This document shows positions 51,304 through 60,696 of a stretch of 64,000 bases of DNA, one piece after another (positions within the stretch are counted from its first letter, which is position 1; every line of letters begins with the position of its first letter). This stretch comes from an uncultured Candidatus Marinamargulisbacteria bacterium (lineage in GTDB: Bacteria; Margulisbacteria; Riflemargulisbacteria; GWF2-35-9; DYQY01). A program made the position numbers and the translations under genes. The stretch is from positions 34,555-98,554 of the forward strand of contig CAZXTL010000003.1 of assembly GCA_964643725.1 (NCBI GenBank), given 5' to 3'. The notes beneath the pieces are model-generated. The model had not been told where the DNA came from, searched no databases, and worked only from the letters and a program-made list of their open reading frames with translations.

Positions 51304-52808
51304 CCTCTCGTCTAGTTTTTCCTCCTTTTGCAAACCCAACATTTATTCCTTCAATGTTGATTGAGTTACAGGGATATATGTATGAAAGGGGAGTTTTCTC
51401 CTTACCCTTGGTAGATATGAATATTGAGTTGTTTAATCAACTTTTTGTTTCTTCTTCTGATGTTCCTATATTAAAAGATTCAAATATTTATCAAGACCAC
51501 GAACAATATATTGTAGTTGTTAGTCGTGTTATTAATGAGTGGCAAAAAATACAAAACAAATTTGTTAAAGAAGCCAGAGATTATGTGTTTGATAAAACGA
51601 ATCTGTGGGAAGATCTAATGCAAGTTCAGCTTGATAAGTTACTGCCTCTACCACAAGTTATAGGACTATCTTTGACTTATCATCAACGTAATGATGTAAG
51701 TCAGTTTTGGATGACGCTGGCACTTGCTTCATGGATAAAACATAAATCTCCTGAAACTACAGTTGTTATTGGTGGTTCATTAGTTAATCACCTTGATTCG
51801 AAGGAGATTCTTTCTATATGTCCAGCAATTGATTTGATTTTATTAAAAGAAAGCGAAGAAAGTTGGGTTCAAGTAATTGAGAAAAAACAATGGAGTCAGA
51901 TTGCGAATGCAGTTTATAGAAACAAGGAAGAAATTATTGAAACTTCTTTTAATGATAATGTGTGTAGAGATTTAAGTTATTTACCAAAGGCAGATGGTCT
52001 TAGCTTCTCTTCATATTTAACTCCTGTCCCGGTTATTAGTTTGCTTATAAAAAGAGGATGTCCTTGGAGTAAATGTAATTTTTGTTCAGGTCATTTGAGC
52101 TATTTTGGACATCATCCTAATAAAAATTGGGATTCGTTAAAGAATAGATTGATTTGGTTAAAGCAACATCAAATTAATTACATTTATTGGTCCGATCAAA
52201 TGATAATGATACCTGAGGCGAAACAGATAGCCAAATTAGTTAAGGAATACCATCCTCAATTAAAATGGGCATTTATGGCAATGCCAAATGTTGGATTTAC
52301 TCTTGAATTATTAACTGAGCTTGCAAACTGCGGATGTAGCTGGATTACTTGGGGCGTTGAGTCGGGAAGTACTAAGGTTTTGAAAGCAATGAATAAACCA
52401 ATCAAACCTGAAATTGCAAGAGCTAATGTAATTGCAGCCTACACTGCTGGAATTGTGAATATAGTTCTGATGATGTATGGTTTCCCTGGTGAAAAACCAG
52501 AAGATTTGGAGGAGAGTTTATCATTTCTTAAATCTATTACTCCTTATTATTATGATCATGCTTTTGGAGGATATTATGTGACAATAGATTCACCTGTTTT
52601 TAATAATCCTGTAAAGTTTGGTGTAGAGTTATTAGGAACAATTCCTTTAGACGAAGATAATCTTTATGGTATTCGGAGTCATTTAATTAGTTTTGAGCCA
52701 GCGTATCAAACATCAACAATAATCCCTTCTGGAAAATGTGAAAGAGCTATCCCTGTTATGGAGGGAATGATGATTGCTTTAGAATTTTTCAAACCAAAAG
52801 CTCTTTAG
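51297..52808 (+). CDS. B12-binding-like radical SAM protein
   Basis: VFPP start, VIGG, KRGCPWSKCNFC, WGVESGS, MYGFPGE; TTG start overlaps upstream stop. Confidence 0.8.
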   Translation: MLTSRLVFPPFANPTFIPSMLIELQGYMYERGVFSLPLVDMNIELFNQLFVSSSDVPILKDSNIYQDHEQYIVVVSRVINEWQKIQNKFVKEARDYVFDKTNLWEDLMQVQLDKLLPLPQVIGLSLTYHQRNDVSQFWMTLALASWIKHKSPETTVVIGGSLVNHLDSKEILSICPAIDLILLKESEESWVQVIEKKQWSQIANAVYRNKEEIIETSFNDNVCRDLSYLPKADGLSFSSYLTPVPVISLLIKRGCPWSKCNFCSGHLSYFGHHPNKNWDSLKNRLIWLKQHQINYIYWSDQMIMIPEAKQIAKLVKEYHPQLKWAFMAMPNVGFTLELLTELANCGCSWITWGVESGSTKVLKAMNKPIKPEIARANVIAAYTAGIVNIVLMMYGFPGEKPEDLEESLSFLKSITPYYYDHAFGGYYVTIDSPVFNNPVKFGVELLGTIPLDEDNLYGIRSHLISFEPAYQTSTIIPSGKCERAIPVMEGMMIALEFFKPKAL

Positions 52809-52809
52809 A

Positions 52810-52879
52810 CCCTCACCCACGTAAGTTAAAAGCAATTTCATCTGCTAAGATAATCTTTACATCTTCTGCTGGGAGAGGT
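52810..52879. repeat. Degenerate CCCTCACCC...GGGAGAGG REP-like element
   Basis: ccctcacccacgtaa matches reverse complement of 20261-20275; ends gggagaggt. Confidence 0.5.
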
Positions 52880-52916
52880 CTAGACACTAGAAGCTTCAGC
52901 ATATAGAATATTTAAG

Positions 52917-54026
52917 ATGAGCGAGAAAATATATTATTTACCTGCTGATTTCTTAGCAGATTTCATGATTAAAGTTTTTAAAAAAATAGGCGTTCCTAAG
53001 TCGGAAGCAAAAACCTGTTCAGATATTCTTATTGAATCAGATTTGCGAGGTATCGATTCACACGGTGTTAATAGATTAAAACCAATTTATTATGATAGAT
53101 ACAAGGCAGGAGTATTAAGTACTAAAACTAATTTTGAAATAATCAGTCAAACGTCCACAACTGCTGTTGTTGATGGTCATAATGGTATGGGATTTGTAAT
53201 TGCAAAAAGATGTATGGAAATGGCAATCAAGAAAGCTAAGCAACATGGATTAGGAATGGTAGTTGCACGGAATTCAACTCATTTTGGGATAGCAGGTTAC
53301 TATGCAACAATGGCTTCACAAGCTGGTATGATTGGTCAAGTTACGACGAACGCAAGACCTTCTATTGCTCCTACTTTTGGTGTTGAAAACATGTTAGGGA
53401 CAAACCCTCTCACTTTTGCTATTCCAACAGATGAAGAGTTTCCTTTTGTGTTTGATTGCGCAACATCTGTAACACAAAGAGGAAAGATAGAATATTATGA
53501 GAGAACTGGACAACCAACACCACCAGGATTAGTGATTGGAAGAGATGGGAAAACCATGACAGATAGTGCTCAAATATTAAAGGACTTAGTAAGTGGTTCA
53601 GCTGCCTTAGTTCCCGTTGGAGGTATCGGCGAAGAAACAGGAGGCTATAAAGGTTATGGTTTTGCTACTGTAGTAGAAATACTTTCATCCGCTTTACAAA
53701 GTGGAAATTTTCTTTGGGGGCTATCAGGAGTTAAAGATGGCAAACCAGCACCAATTGAGCTTGGTCATTCTTTTCTTGTTATTAACATAGAAGCTTTTAT
53801 TGACTTGAAAACCTTTAAGAAAAACACTGGTGATGTTCTAAGAGAACTTAGAGCTTCTGCTAAAGCACCAGGCCAAGATAGAATCTATACAGCAGGCGAA
53901 AAGGAATATATTGCTAGAAAAGAAAGAGAAAAAACAGGAATACCTTTGCCAAAAAGTGTTCAAAGAGATCTTTCTACAATGAAAAAGGAACTTGCTATTA
54001 AAAGCGTCAAGTTCCCTTGGGAATAG
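52917..54026 (+). CDS. Ldh_2 family (malate/L-lactate/sulfolactate dehydrogenase-like) oxidoreductase
   Basis: DLRGIDSHG, RNSTHFG, GTNPL, DCATS, GYKGYG. Confidence 0.92.
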   Translation: MSEKIYYLPADFLADFMIKVFKKIGVPKSEAKTCSDILIESDLRGIDSHGVNRLKPIYYDRYKAGVLSTKTNFEIISQTSTTAVVDGHNGMGFVIAKRCMEMAIKKAKQHGLGMVVARNSTHFGIAGYYATMASQAGMIGQVTTNARPSIAPTFGVENMLGTNPLTFAIPTDEEFPFVFDCATSVTQRGKIEYYERTGQPTPPGLVIGRDGKTMTDSAQILKDLVSGSAALVPVGGIGEETGGYKGYGFATVVEILSSALQSGNFLWGLSGVKDGKPAPIELGHSFLVINIEAFIDLKTFKKNTGDVLRELRASAKAPGQDRIYTAGEKEYIARKEREKTGIPLPKSVQRDLSTMKKELAIKSVKFPWE

Positions 54027-54845
54027 TTATTCTGCGCTAATTGGCGGAAGTGTTGTCGTAACACTTGGCGTTGTATTATTTGCAGGAATATATTCCGGAT
54101 TACTTATTTCACCACTTTCAGTATGGCCAGATTCAACTGAGTCATCACTATCAGAAATGCTAGCTATTACAGATGACAATACGTCTGAAGTCATCCCTAA
54201 AAGGAAATCGTTTCTATTTATACTAAGATTAAATCCTGAAGAGTGACCACTTGAAGTATTAGTTGCTCCACCAGAACTTGAGCCAGGTCTGCTGTCAACT
54301 CCAACTGCTCCTTCTTGCAGTGAAGCGAGTAGTGCTCCTGCTGTTTGAGTTCCTGTTGTGCGAACTACTGCTGTCCCTTCATTATTTGGATCTACCACGC
54401 AGGTTAAGGGGAGCATCCAACCACTCGCAGGCATCGTTGAACGGTATGGAGTGAAAGCTGCTCTGCCTTCAGGGGTATCAATGTTTACATGGATTGCGAT
54501 ATAGTTTTCATTTATTTCACTACGGACTTCTGGGGAACCATTGGCATTATTCTGTGTGCGAGTACAATTGCCACAAGCTGGACGTCCAAAAACAATTAAA
54601 ACTTGTTTGCCTTCTGCTTTAGCTTGAGCAATTGCAGCATCATAATCTGATCCCCAACTTATAGGTTCATCGGAAGTAGTTGGTCTAGATGATATTTCAA
54701 CATTATCGTCTTCAGTGGTAATGCTAGACGAGGTGTAGCTTTGAACGCCTGTTCTAGCTGTTTCTGTTGTTGTTTCATTATCTGGTGAACAAGCATTGTA
54801 ACTTGAACTTACTTGACCTGCATTATTTATAGTTGTATTAAACAT
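54027..54845 (-). CDS. Thioredoxin-fold protein with Ser/Thr-rich low-complexity termini
   Basis: W..DYDAAIAQAKAEGKQVLIVF...CGNC; GGGGG SD. Confidence 0.7.
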   Translation of the reverse strand: MFNTTINNAGQVSSSYNACSPDNETTTETARTGVQSYTSSSITTEDDNVEISSRPTTSDEPISWGSDYDAAIAQAKAEGKQVLIVFGRPACGNCTRTQNNANGSPEVRSEINENYIAIHVNIDTPEGRAAFTPYRSTMPASGWMLPLTCVVDPNNEGTAVVRTTGTQTAGALLASLQEGAVGVDSRPGSSSGGATNTSSGHSSGFNLSINRNDFLLGMTSDVLSSVIASISDSDDSVESGHTESGEISNPEYIPANNTTPSVTTTLPPISAE

Positions 54846-54929
54846 AATAAGCCCCCTGTTTTCTAGGTTTTGTACATTGTTAGTATCGCCAATTTATAGG
54901 ACAAGTATGTATGGAATAATTATGTTGTA

Positions 54930-55781
54930 TTATTTGTATCTAAGATATTTTAAATCCATAAACGAAAGCAATCTTTTAACCACCTGCATATCCGGTTTAT
55001 AAGGTACTTCAGGTCTTGGAGGAATTTCTAATTTTGGAATAGCAAAGGGGATGTCTCTTAGCTTTAGATTATATGCTTGATGCATCAAATACTCCAAGTT
55101 CACAACATCTTCGACGTTATAGGCAAGTAGCGTTTCTAGTGTGCTTGGGTTTTTAGAGCGACAATAGTCCTTCCAGAGCGATATAGCAAAATATCCATCC
55201 ATTCCATCTAACTCCTTACGTGAAATTCCAAAATATTTTTCGCAGCCTTTTAGTCCGCCTTTTATGCCTAAGCTGTGTAAGACATAGCGTAAATCTATAT
55301 GAGATTGGTGTAGTTTTATATCAAAAAAGCTTTCTATAAAGGGGATATCAAAACATTTGCCATTGTAGGTAACTAACAGGTCATATTTTTTAATATCTTT
55401 AACGAAATCGTTGAGGTTTTGTCCGTTAACGTAGCATTTAATTTCCTTGCCGGTGTAGATAGCAATAGTTGTAATTTCATCATATTTGCCTCTAAGTCCT
55501 GTTGTTTCTATGTCTAGATAAGCGACATTGTGTTTATAGTGAGGGAAGAGCCTCCACGTTTGTTGATTACTAAGACCCTTACTGAAATATTGATGATCAC
55601 CTTTCTCAATTGCTGACTGTGACTCAGTTATTGCCTGGTTTAGGAGTACAATTTTAGTTTTAGGTATCGGTAAGTCGCGCGCTTCAGCTAAATGGTCCCA
55701 AGAAAACACGCAATAGTCCCAAAGTGTTGTTTCCAGTTTCTCGCTTATTCCTACAATATGGCTAAAGGAATGTTTTAACAT
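54930..55781 (-). CDS. RNase H-like (YprB/RNase_H_2) exonuclease domain protein
   Basis: YLDIETTG, TYNGKCFDIP, HIDL, GGLK, YNVEDV. Confidence 0.88.
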   Translation of the reverse strand: MLKHSFSHIVGISEKLETTLWDYCVFSWDHLAEARDLPIPKTKIVLLNQAITESQSAIEKGDHQYFSKGLSNQQTWRLFPHYKHNVAYLDIETTGLRGKYDEITTIAIYTGKEIKCYVNGQNLNDFVKDIKKYDLLVTYNGKCFDIPFIESFFDIKLHQSHIDLRYVLHSLGIKGGLKGCEKYFGISRKELDGMDGYFAISLWKDYCRSKNPSTLETLLAYNVEDVVNLEYLMHQAYNLKLRDIPFAIPKLEIPPRPEVPYKPDMQVVKRLLSFMDLKYLRYK

Positions 55782-55906
55782 TTGCTAATCATACTTCGAG
55801 GATAAATCCTTAACAACTAAAATAAGTAAGTTTTAAATCGATGAAATATTTTCAATTAAATAATAATCAGACAAATAGTGTTCAGGTATCTATTTCTGCG
55901 TAATTA

Positions 55907-56170
55907 TTAACTAACAACAATAGTTTTATATTTTTCTATTTGGTTAAGGTCGGAGTTAATAAGATCTATTTTCCGCTGACGGGTTAATTTTTTGATTTCA
56001 GGTTCTCGTTTATAGGCGTTTTCTGCTTCTTCAACATATAATAATTGTTTAGGCTTTTTAGCTCTGGTATATTTAGAACCTTTTCCGTGATTAGTTAATC
56101 TTTTTTGTAAATCTTTTGCTATTCCCACATAATAGCTACTATCTTCACATTCAAGTATATAAACAAACAT
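55907..56170 (-). CDS. Small GIY-YIG nuclease (UPF0213-like)
   Basis: VYILEC.D.SYYVG, RLTNH, KYTR, IKKL. Confidence 0.88.
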   Translation of the reverse strand: MFVYILECEDSSYYVGIAKDLQKRLTNHGKGSKYTRAKKPKQLLYVEEAENAYKREPEIKKLTRQRKIDLINSDLNQIEKYKTIVVS

Positions 56171-56303
56171 AGTTTTCCCCTTTAAAAAATTATTATATCA
56201 TTTCTAGTAAACATTTTTATGCTGAGGTGTTTGTTGTTGTATAGAAGCAAATCCGTATATAATTACGTTATGCAAAAATATTTCACTAAAGATTGAGAAG
56301 AAA

Positions 56304-56777
56304 ATGAAAATTAAAAAAGCTGAATTAATAGATCTTCCATTAATATTGGAATTACAAAAACTGTGTTTTCTAGAAAATGCGCAACGTTACAATAACTATC
56401 AAATACCACAATTAGTTCAAACGATTGATGAGTTACAAGCTGACTATAAAAAATGGTTAATTTTTAAGTATGAAGATAACGGTAAAATAATTGGTAGCAT
56501 AAGAGCATATGAAGAAAATAATATATGTTATATCGGAAGATTAATGGTGCATCCTGATAGTCAAAACAGAGGAATTGGTGGGAAAATAATGAGTGATATA
56601 GAGGGTTGGTTTCCAGAAGTAAATAGGTTTGAATTATTTACAGGAGATAAGGACCATAAAAATATCAATTTTTATAGCAAGATAGGGTATAAGCAGTTTA
56701 AGGAAGAATCACTTGAAGATAATGTAAAATTTATCTATTTCGAAAAAGGTATAGGTAAACTAGATAAAGTTTCATAA
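56304..56777 (+). CDS. GNAT family N-acetyltransferase
   Basis: IGRLMVHPDSQNRGIG, NINFYSKIGY. Confidence 0.9.
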   Translation: MKIKKAELIDLPLILELQKLCFLENAQRYNNYQIPQLVQTIDELQADYKKWLIFKYEDNGKIIGSIRAYEENNICYIGRLMVHPDSQNRGIGGKIMSDIEGWFPEVNRFELFTGDKDHKNINFYSKIGYKQFKEESLEDNVKFIYFEKGIGKLDKVS

Positions 56778-56838
56778 TTTAACTGTGATGCTTTCCCTAC
56801 ATCTGTTATACTTCTTTTAAATTAATTTTTAGGAGGAA

Positions 56839-57171
56839 ATGATTATGGCAGAAGTAGGATTAAGTAAACCAGTAAAGTTAAAGGAAAATTTAGCAGCTAT
56901 TTGTGGAGCTAAAGAACTTTCAAGAACAGCTATTACACAAAAACTATGGGATTATATTAAAAAGAATAATCTTCAAGCTAAAACTGAAAATGGCAAAGCA
57001 GAAGGAAATGGTAAATTTATCGTTGCAGACGCAACTTTAATAAAACTTTTCAACAGCACAAAGATTAAAAGTAAATCTACAGGTAAAGTAACTGACTTTA
57101 CAGCATTAAAGGTTGGTCAAACAATCAATATGCTTCAACTTGCATCAGTTGTAAGTGCGAACATAGAATAA
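56839..57171 (+). CDS. SWIB/MDM2 domain protein
   Basis: KPVKL..NLAAICG..LSRTAITQKLWDYIKKNNLQ; AGGAGG SD. Confidence 0.82.
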   Translation: MIMAEVGLSKPVKLKENLAAICGAKELSRTAITQKLWDYIKKNNLQAKTENGKAEGNGKFIVADATLIKLFNSTKIKSKSTGKVTDFTALKVGQTINMLQLASVVSANIE

Positions 57172-57179
57172 ATCTTATA

Positions 57180-57213
57180 AAGGATTGTCGTTTTTTAACG
57201 GCAATCCTTTAAT
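57180..57213 (+). terminator. Probable intrinsic terminator
   Basis: aaggattgtcgtt-ttt-taacggcaatccttt hairpin followed by T-rich tract after SWIB gene. Confidence 0.6.
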
Positions 57214-57332
57214 TTAATTTCCCTCATAATACTTTTTAAAATATTTTTCCTAAATTGACATAATAAATTCATGCATTAAATCTCTAATTATTCCGATAAC
57301 TTAATAAGAAGACAAAATTTAGGGGGAACATC

Positions 57333-57467
57333 ATGGGGAACATCAAAAAATTAAGCAAGTTAGAATTAGAACTTTTAATGTTTAGGATTAATATTTGGGA
57401 AGCACCACTTAGTGAATATCAACTTAAAATAATAAAAGAAGTAAGCCTTATAAGTCAGTTTGGATAA
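57333..57467 (+). CDS. Putative 44-aa small protein (absent from ORF track)
   Basis: AGGGGG SD, MGNIKKLSKLELELLMFRINIWEAPLSEYQLKIIKEVSLISQFG; TCCGATAA at 57292-57299. Confidence 0.45.
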   Translation: MGNIKKLSKLELELLMFRINIWEAPLSEYQLKIIKEVSLISQFG

Positions 57468-57528
57468 TATACTTCTAATTATTTAAAGTGTTTTAACGAA
57501 AGATGCTTTAATATGTTAAACCAAATGT

Positions 57529-57843
57529 CTATTTAATATAAGAACAACAGTAATCGGTAATTTTATTTATTTTTAGTTTAAATTTAGAGTTAGCAGGCAC
57601 CTCAAAAACCCCACCATCAGTGATTGTTTCCCAACCTTTTTTTTCATTAATTAGTACATTTAAATCGCCACTAATTATTTCCATTATTTCTTTATCAGCA
57701 GTACCAAATTCATAGTCGCCTTCTAACATAATGCCTAATGTTTTAAATGAGCCGTCAGGGAATACTACTTTGCGACTGGTTACTTTGCCATCGAAGTAAA
57801 TGTTTGCTTTTTTTATAATTGTTACATTGTTAAATTCTGTCAT
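57529..57843 (-). CDS. ppnP: Pyrimidine/purine nucleoside phosphorylase (DUF1255)
   Basis: ANIYFDGKVTSR, KTLGIM, YEFGT..KEIME, DYCCSY. Confidence 0.9.
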   Translation of the reverse strand: MTEFNNVTIIKKANIYFDGKVTSRKVVFPDGSFKTLGIMLEGDYEFGTADKEIMEIISGDLNVLINEKKGWETITDGGVFEVPANSKFKLKINKITDYCCSYIK

Positions 57844-57963
57844 GACATACATCCTTTATAGTTGATTTAATGTGCATATTTTAGCATAAAATTTATACTG
57901 TAATTATATTAGTTATTATTTGCACTTGAACTAAATGAAAAATAGTCTGAAAATTAAGAATAT

Positions 57964-58830
57964 ATGAAAGCCTACCTAGATATAGTTTCGAAAGTTCTTG
58001 AAGAAGGACAAACCAAAAGAAATAGGACAGGGAAAGACGCACTTGCTTCTGCTGGTGCTATGTTTGAACATAATATGAGTGATGGTTTTCCTTTGCTTAC
58101 TACAAAGTCTGTTCCTTTTCGCTTAGTTGCTTCAGAGTTAGAGTTTTTTATTAAAGGTATTACAGATAAACAATGGTTAATCGAGCGTAATAATCATATC
58201 TGGGATGAATGGTGTAGTCCATTAAAGGTTGAATATGGTCATGACGAAGAAACTTTAGCGAAAATGAAGGAAGAAAGAGAACTTGGTCCAATCTATGGAT
58301 GGCAATGGCGTAACTTTGGAGCTCAATATCAGAGCTTTAATAAGCCACCAATCGGAGAAGGCATAGATCAGCTTAAAAACTTAATAGAGAAGCTAAAAAG
58401 TAATCCCGATGACAGAAGAATGATCGTGTCAGCATGGAATCCTGTTGATTTTTCGGAAATGGCATTGCCTCCCTGTCATTATTCGTTTCAAGTTACTGTA
58501 ATAAATAACAAACTTAACCTTATGTGGAATCAACGCTCTATTGATATTGCTTTAGGGTTACCCTTTAATATTGCTAGTTATGCGCTTTTACTACATTTGT
58601 TAGCAAAAGAAGCTGGGCTAGAGGAGGGGAAGCTGGTTGGGTTTTTGGCTGATACCCATATTTATAGTAGTCATATAGATGGGCTTAAAGAACAGCTTAG
58701 TCGGGATATAAAACCTTTGCCAAAACTTGTTACAAATAAATTTACAACTATTTATGATTGGGAGTACACAGATTCTATTGTTGAGAATTATGAGCATCAC
58801 CCACGTATTGCTTTTGAAATAGCTGTATAA
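57964..58830 (+). CDS. thyA: Thymidylate synthase
   Basis: FPLLTTK, LGPIYGWQWR, ALPPCH, QRSIDIALGLPFNIASY. Confidence 0.97.
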   Translation: MKAYLDIVSKVLEEGQTKRNRTGKDALASAGAMFEHNMSDGFPLLTTKSVPFRLVASELEFFIKGITDKQWLIERNNHIWDEWCSPLKVEYGHDEETLAKMKEERELGPIYGWQWRNFGAQYQSFNKPPIGEGIDQLKNLIEKLKSNPDDRRMIVSAWNPVDFSEMALPPCHYSFQVTVINNKLNLMWNQRSIDIALGLPFNIASYALLLHLLAKEAGLEEGKLVGFLADTHIYSSHIDGLKEQLSRDIKPLPKLVTNKFTTIYDWEYTDSIVENYEHHPRIAFEIAV

Positions 58831-58842
58831 GAAGGAGATATT

Positions 58843-59361
58843 ATGACTGAAATCATCGTAATTGTTGCTGTAGCCCAAAACGGAATTATCGGTAAAGGTA
58901 ACGATATCCCTTGGAGAATTCGTGAAGACTTTCTTCATTTCAAAAAGCATACAACTGGTCACCCATGTATTATGAGTGATGTTTGCTATGAATCCTTACC
59001 AGAGAAGTCTAGGCCACTACCAAATAGAGAAAATATAGTATTAACTTTTAATAAAGAGTATAAGCCACAAGGAACCACAGTCTTTAATGATTTCTACGCG
59101 GCTATAGATTATTGTAAGGCAAATAACGAGGAAAAGGTTTTTATAACAGGTGGTTCTAGTATCTATAGATTAGGGCTAGAAGTAGCAGATACGTTCTTAT
59201 TAACTAGACTTCATAAAGACATCGACGGTGAAGTCGCTTTTCCAACTGTTGATTGGAGTCAGTGGCAAGAAGTCTCATCTGAAAGACAAACTGGTTTAGA
59301 ATCAATTAGTAATACCGAGATTGAATTTTCCTTTATAGAGTATAAACGAGTTAAATCGTAA
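58843..59361 (+). CDS. folA: Dihydrofolate reductase
   Basis: IVAVAQNGIIG..IPW..EDFLHFK, RPLPNRENIVL, TGG; follows thyA. Confidence 0.93.
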   Translation: MTEIIVIVAVAQNGIIGKGNDIPWRIREDFLHFKKHTTGHPCIMSDVCYESLPEKSRPLPNRENIVLTFNKEYKPQGTTVFNDFYAAIDYCKANNEEKVFITGGSSIYRLGLEVADTFLLTRLHKDIDGEVAFPTVDWSQWQEVSSERQTGLESISNTEIEFSFIEYKRVKS

Positions 59362-59406
59362 AAGATTCTTGAGTCGACTCAAGAATTCAAAATAGGTTTT
59401 TCTCCA

Positions 59407-59479
59407 GTTCTAAATACTTGCTAACGCAAGTATTTATTCAGTTGCCGCTGAATAGAGCCTATTCTATTGAACGTTTCTG
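59407..59479 (+). repeat. Left copy of ~74-bp structured direct repeat flanking Fic gene
   Basis: Matches 60922-60995 with about 9 substitutions and 1 indel; two internal hairpins. Confidence 0.8.
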
Positions 59480-59571
59480 GATTTTTATAGAAAATTGGTT
59501 AAAAACAGCTACTGTGCAATCATTTCTTAAAATATGTTGCACAATGTTGCACAGTAAATTATAATTTTTTT

Positions 59572-60696
59572 ATGTTATCTTATAAAATTAACAATGATGA
59601 TACTAGAAAATTTATTAATATTTCAAAAGAATCCCAATTATATTGGGATAAGATAAGATTGTTCTCATCAGAGCAAACACAATTTATGCGTAAAAGCTCG
59701 ATGATTAGTAATATTGGATCCTCAACGCGTATTGAAAATGCAATATTAACAGACGTTGAGATTGATTGGATAGATACTGAAATATCATCTGGAAGTAATA
59801 ACTCATATAAAGCTAAAGAAAAAGACATAAAAGATAAATTAACTAAAGATAAAGAAAGAAGTATTGAAGAAGTTGCAGGTTATAGAGAAGGCTTGCAAAT
59901 AATTAATAATTCTCCAAAAGATTTTTTCCCCTTAAAAGAGTCAGACATAAAAGGACTACATAGAGAAATTATGAAATATTATTCTGATGCAAAACATCAT
60001 GCTGGTCATTATAAAACTCAAATTAACAGCGTGGTTGAAACCAATAATGTTACTGGAGAAAAACGTACTATATTGAAAACTGCTGATCCTGGCATAGAAA
60101 CAGAAACTAGTATGGGCGACCTAGTAAGCTGGTTTAATGAGTCATTGCCAGAAGACCCATGGTGCATCCCAACGGCAGTTGAGTTTATTTTTAGGTTTTT
60201 AGCTATTCATCCATTCCAGGATGGCAATGGCAGATTATCTAGATTACTTTTTCAATTAATTTTAATGAATTCTGAAGAAAGACATTTGGCTGAGATTATT
60301 CCATATATAGCTTTAGATAGGTCTTTAGAGAAGACTAGACCTGAATATTATTTAGTTCTTCAGAAATGTTCAGGAGGTATTTTTGATGCTAATCCTACGG
60401 TTTACGATTATATGTTTCTTTTGAATTATATGATTAAAAGAATAGAGGAGAGTTTACCCAATATTAATTTTTATGTCAGTAAATATGAGAAGTTTAAATC
60501 ACTTACAGAAACTGATCATAAGATATTACAAGCATTTAGAGGAAAACCAGAAAAGTATATGCAAACTAAAGATTTAGTTAAATACCTTGAAATTCCAAGA
60601 AGAACTATAATCTATTCCATTAATAAATTATTATCTGCTGAGTTTATTCAAAGTACTGGTATAAGTGCTGGTAAAAAATATAAAATAGCTTTTTAG
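59572..60696 (+). CDS. Fic family protein with C-terminal HTH
   Basis: HPFQDGNGRLSR canonical Fic motif; N-terminal STRIEN inhibitory-type motif; HTH-like C-terminus. Confidence 0.92.
   Translation: MLSYKINNDDTRKFINISKESQLYWDKIRLFSSEQTQFMRKSSMISNIGSSTRIENAILTDVEIDWIDTEISSGSNNSYKAKEKDIKDKLTKDKERSIEEVAGYREGLQIINNSPKDFFPLKESDIKGLHREIMKYYSDAKHHAGHYKTQINSVVETNNVTGEKRTILKTADPGIETETSMGDLVSWFNESLPEDPWCIPTAVEFIFRFLAIHPFQDGNGRLSRLLFQLILMNSEERHLAEIIPYIALDRSLEKTRPEYYLVLQKCSGGIFDANPTVYDYMFLLNYMIKRIEESLPNINFYVSKYEKFKSLTETDHKILQAFRGKPEKYMQTKDLVKYLEIPRRTIIYSINKLLSAEFIQSTGISAGKKYKIAF

Noticed and set aside
54863-54877. Mini-ORF MYKT* just after GGCGATAC, echoing the YKII motif
   Set aside because: Four codons in AT-rich DNA; indistinguishable from chance.
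59572-59600. Fic N-terminus MLSYKIN as a member of the YKII group
   Set aside because: It has a clear sigma70 promoter and no CGATA motif; it shows how easily YKI arises from AT-rich codons.
2579-59828. Short antisense or overlapping ORFs in the track (e.g. 2579-2806, 3762-4088, 10911-11231, 20454-20744, 43027-43416, 58618-58962, 59580-59828)
   Set aside because: They lie within well-supported genes, have no motifs or start signals, and are typical shadow frames.
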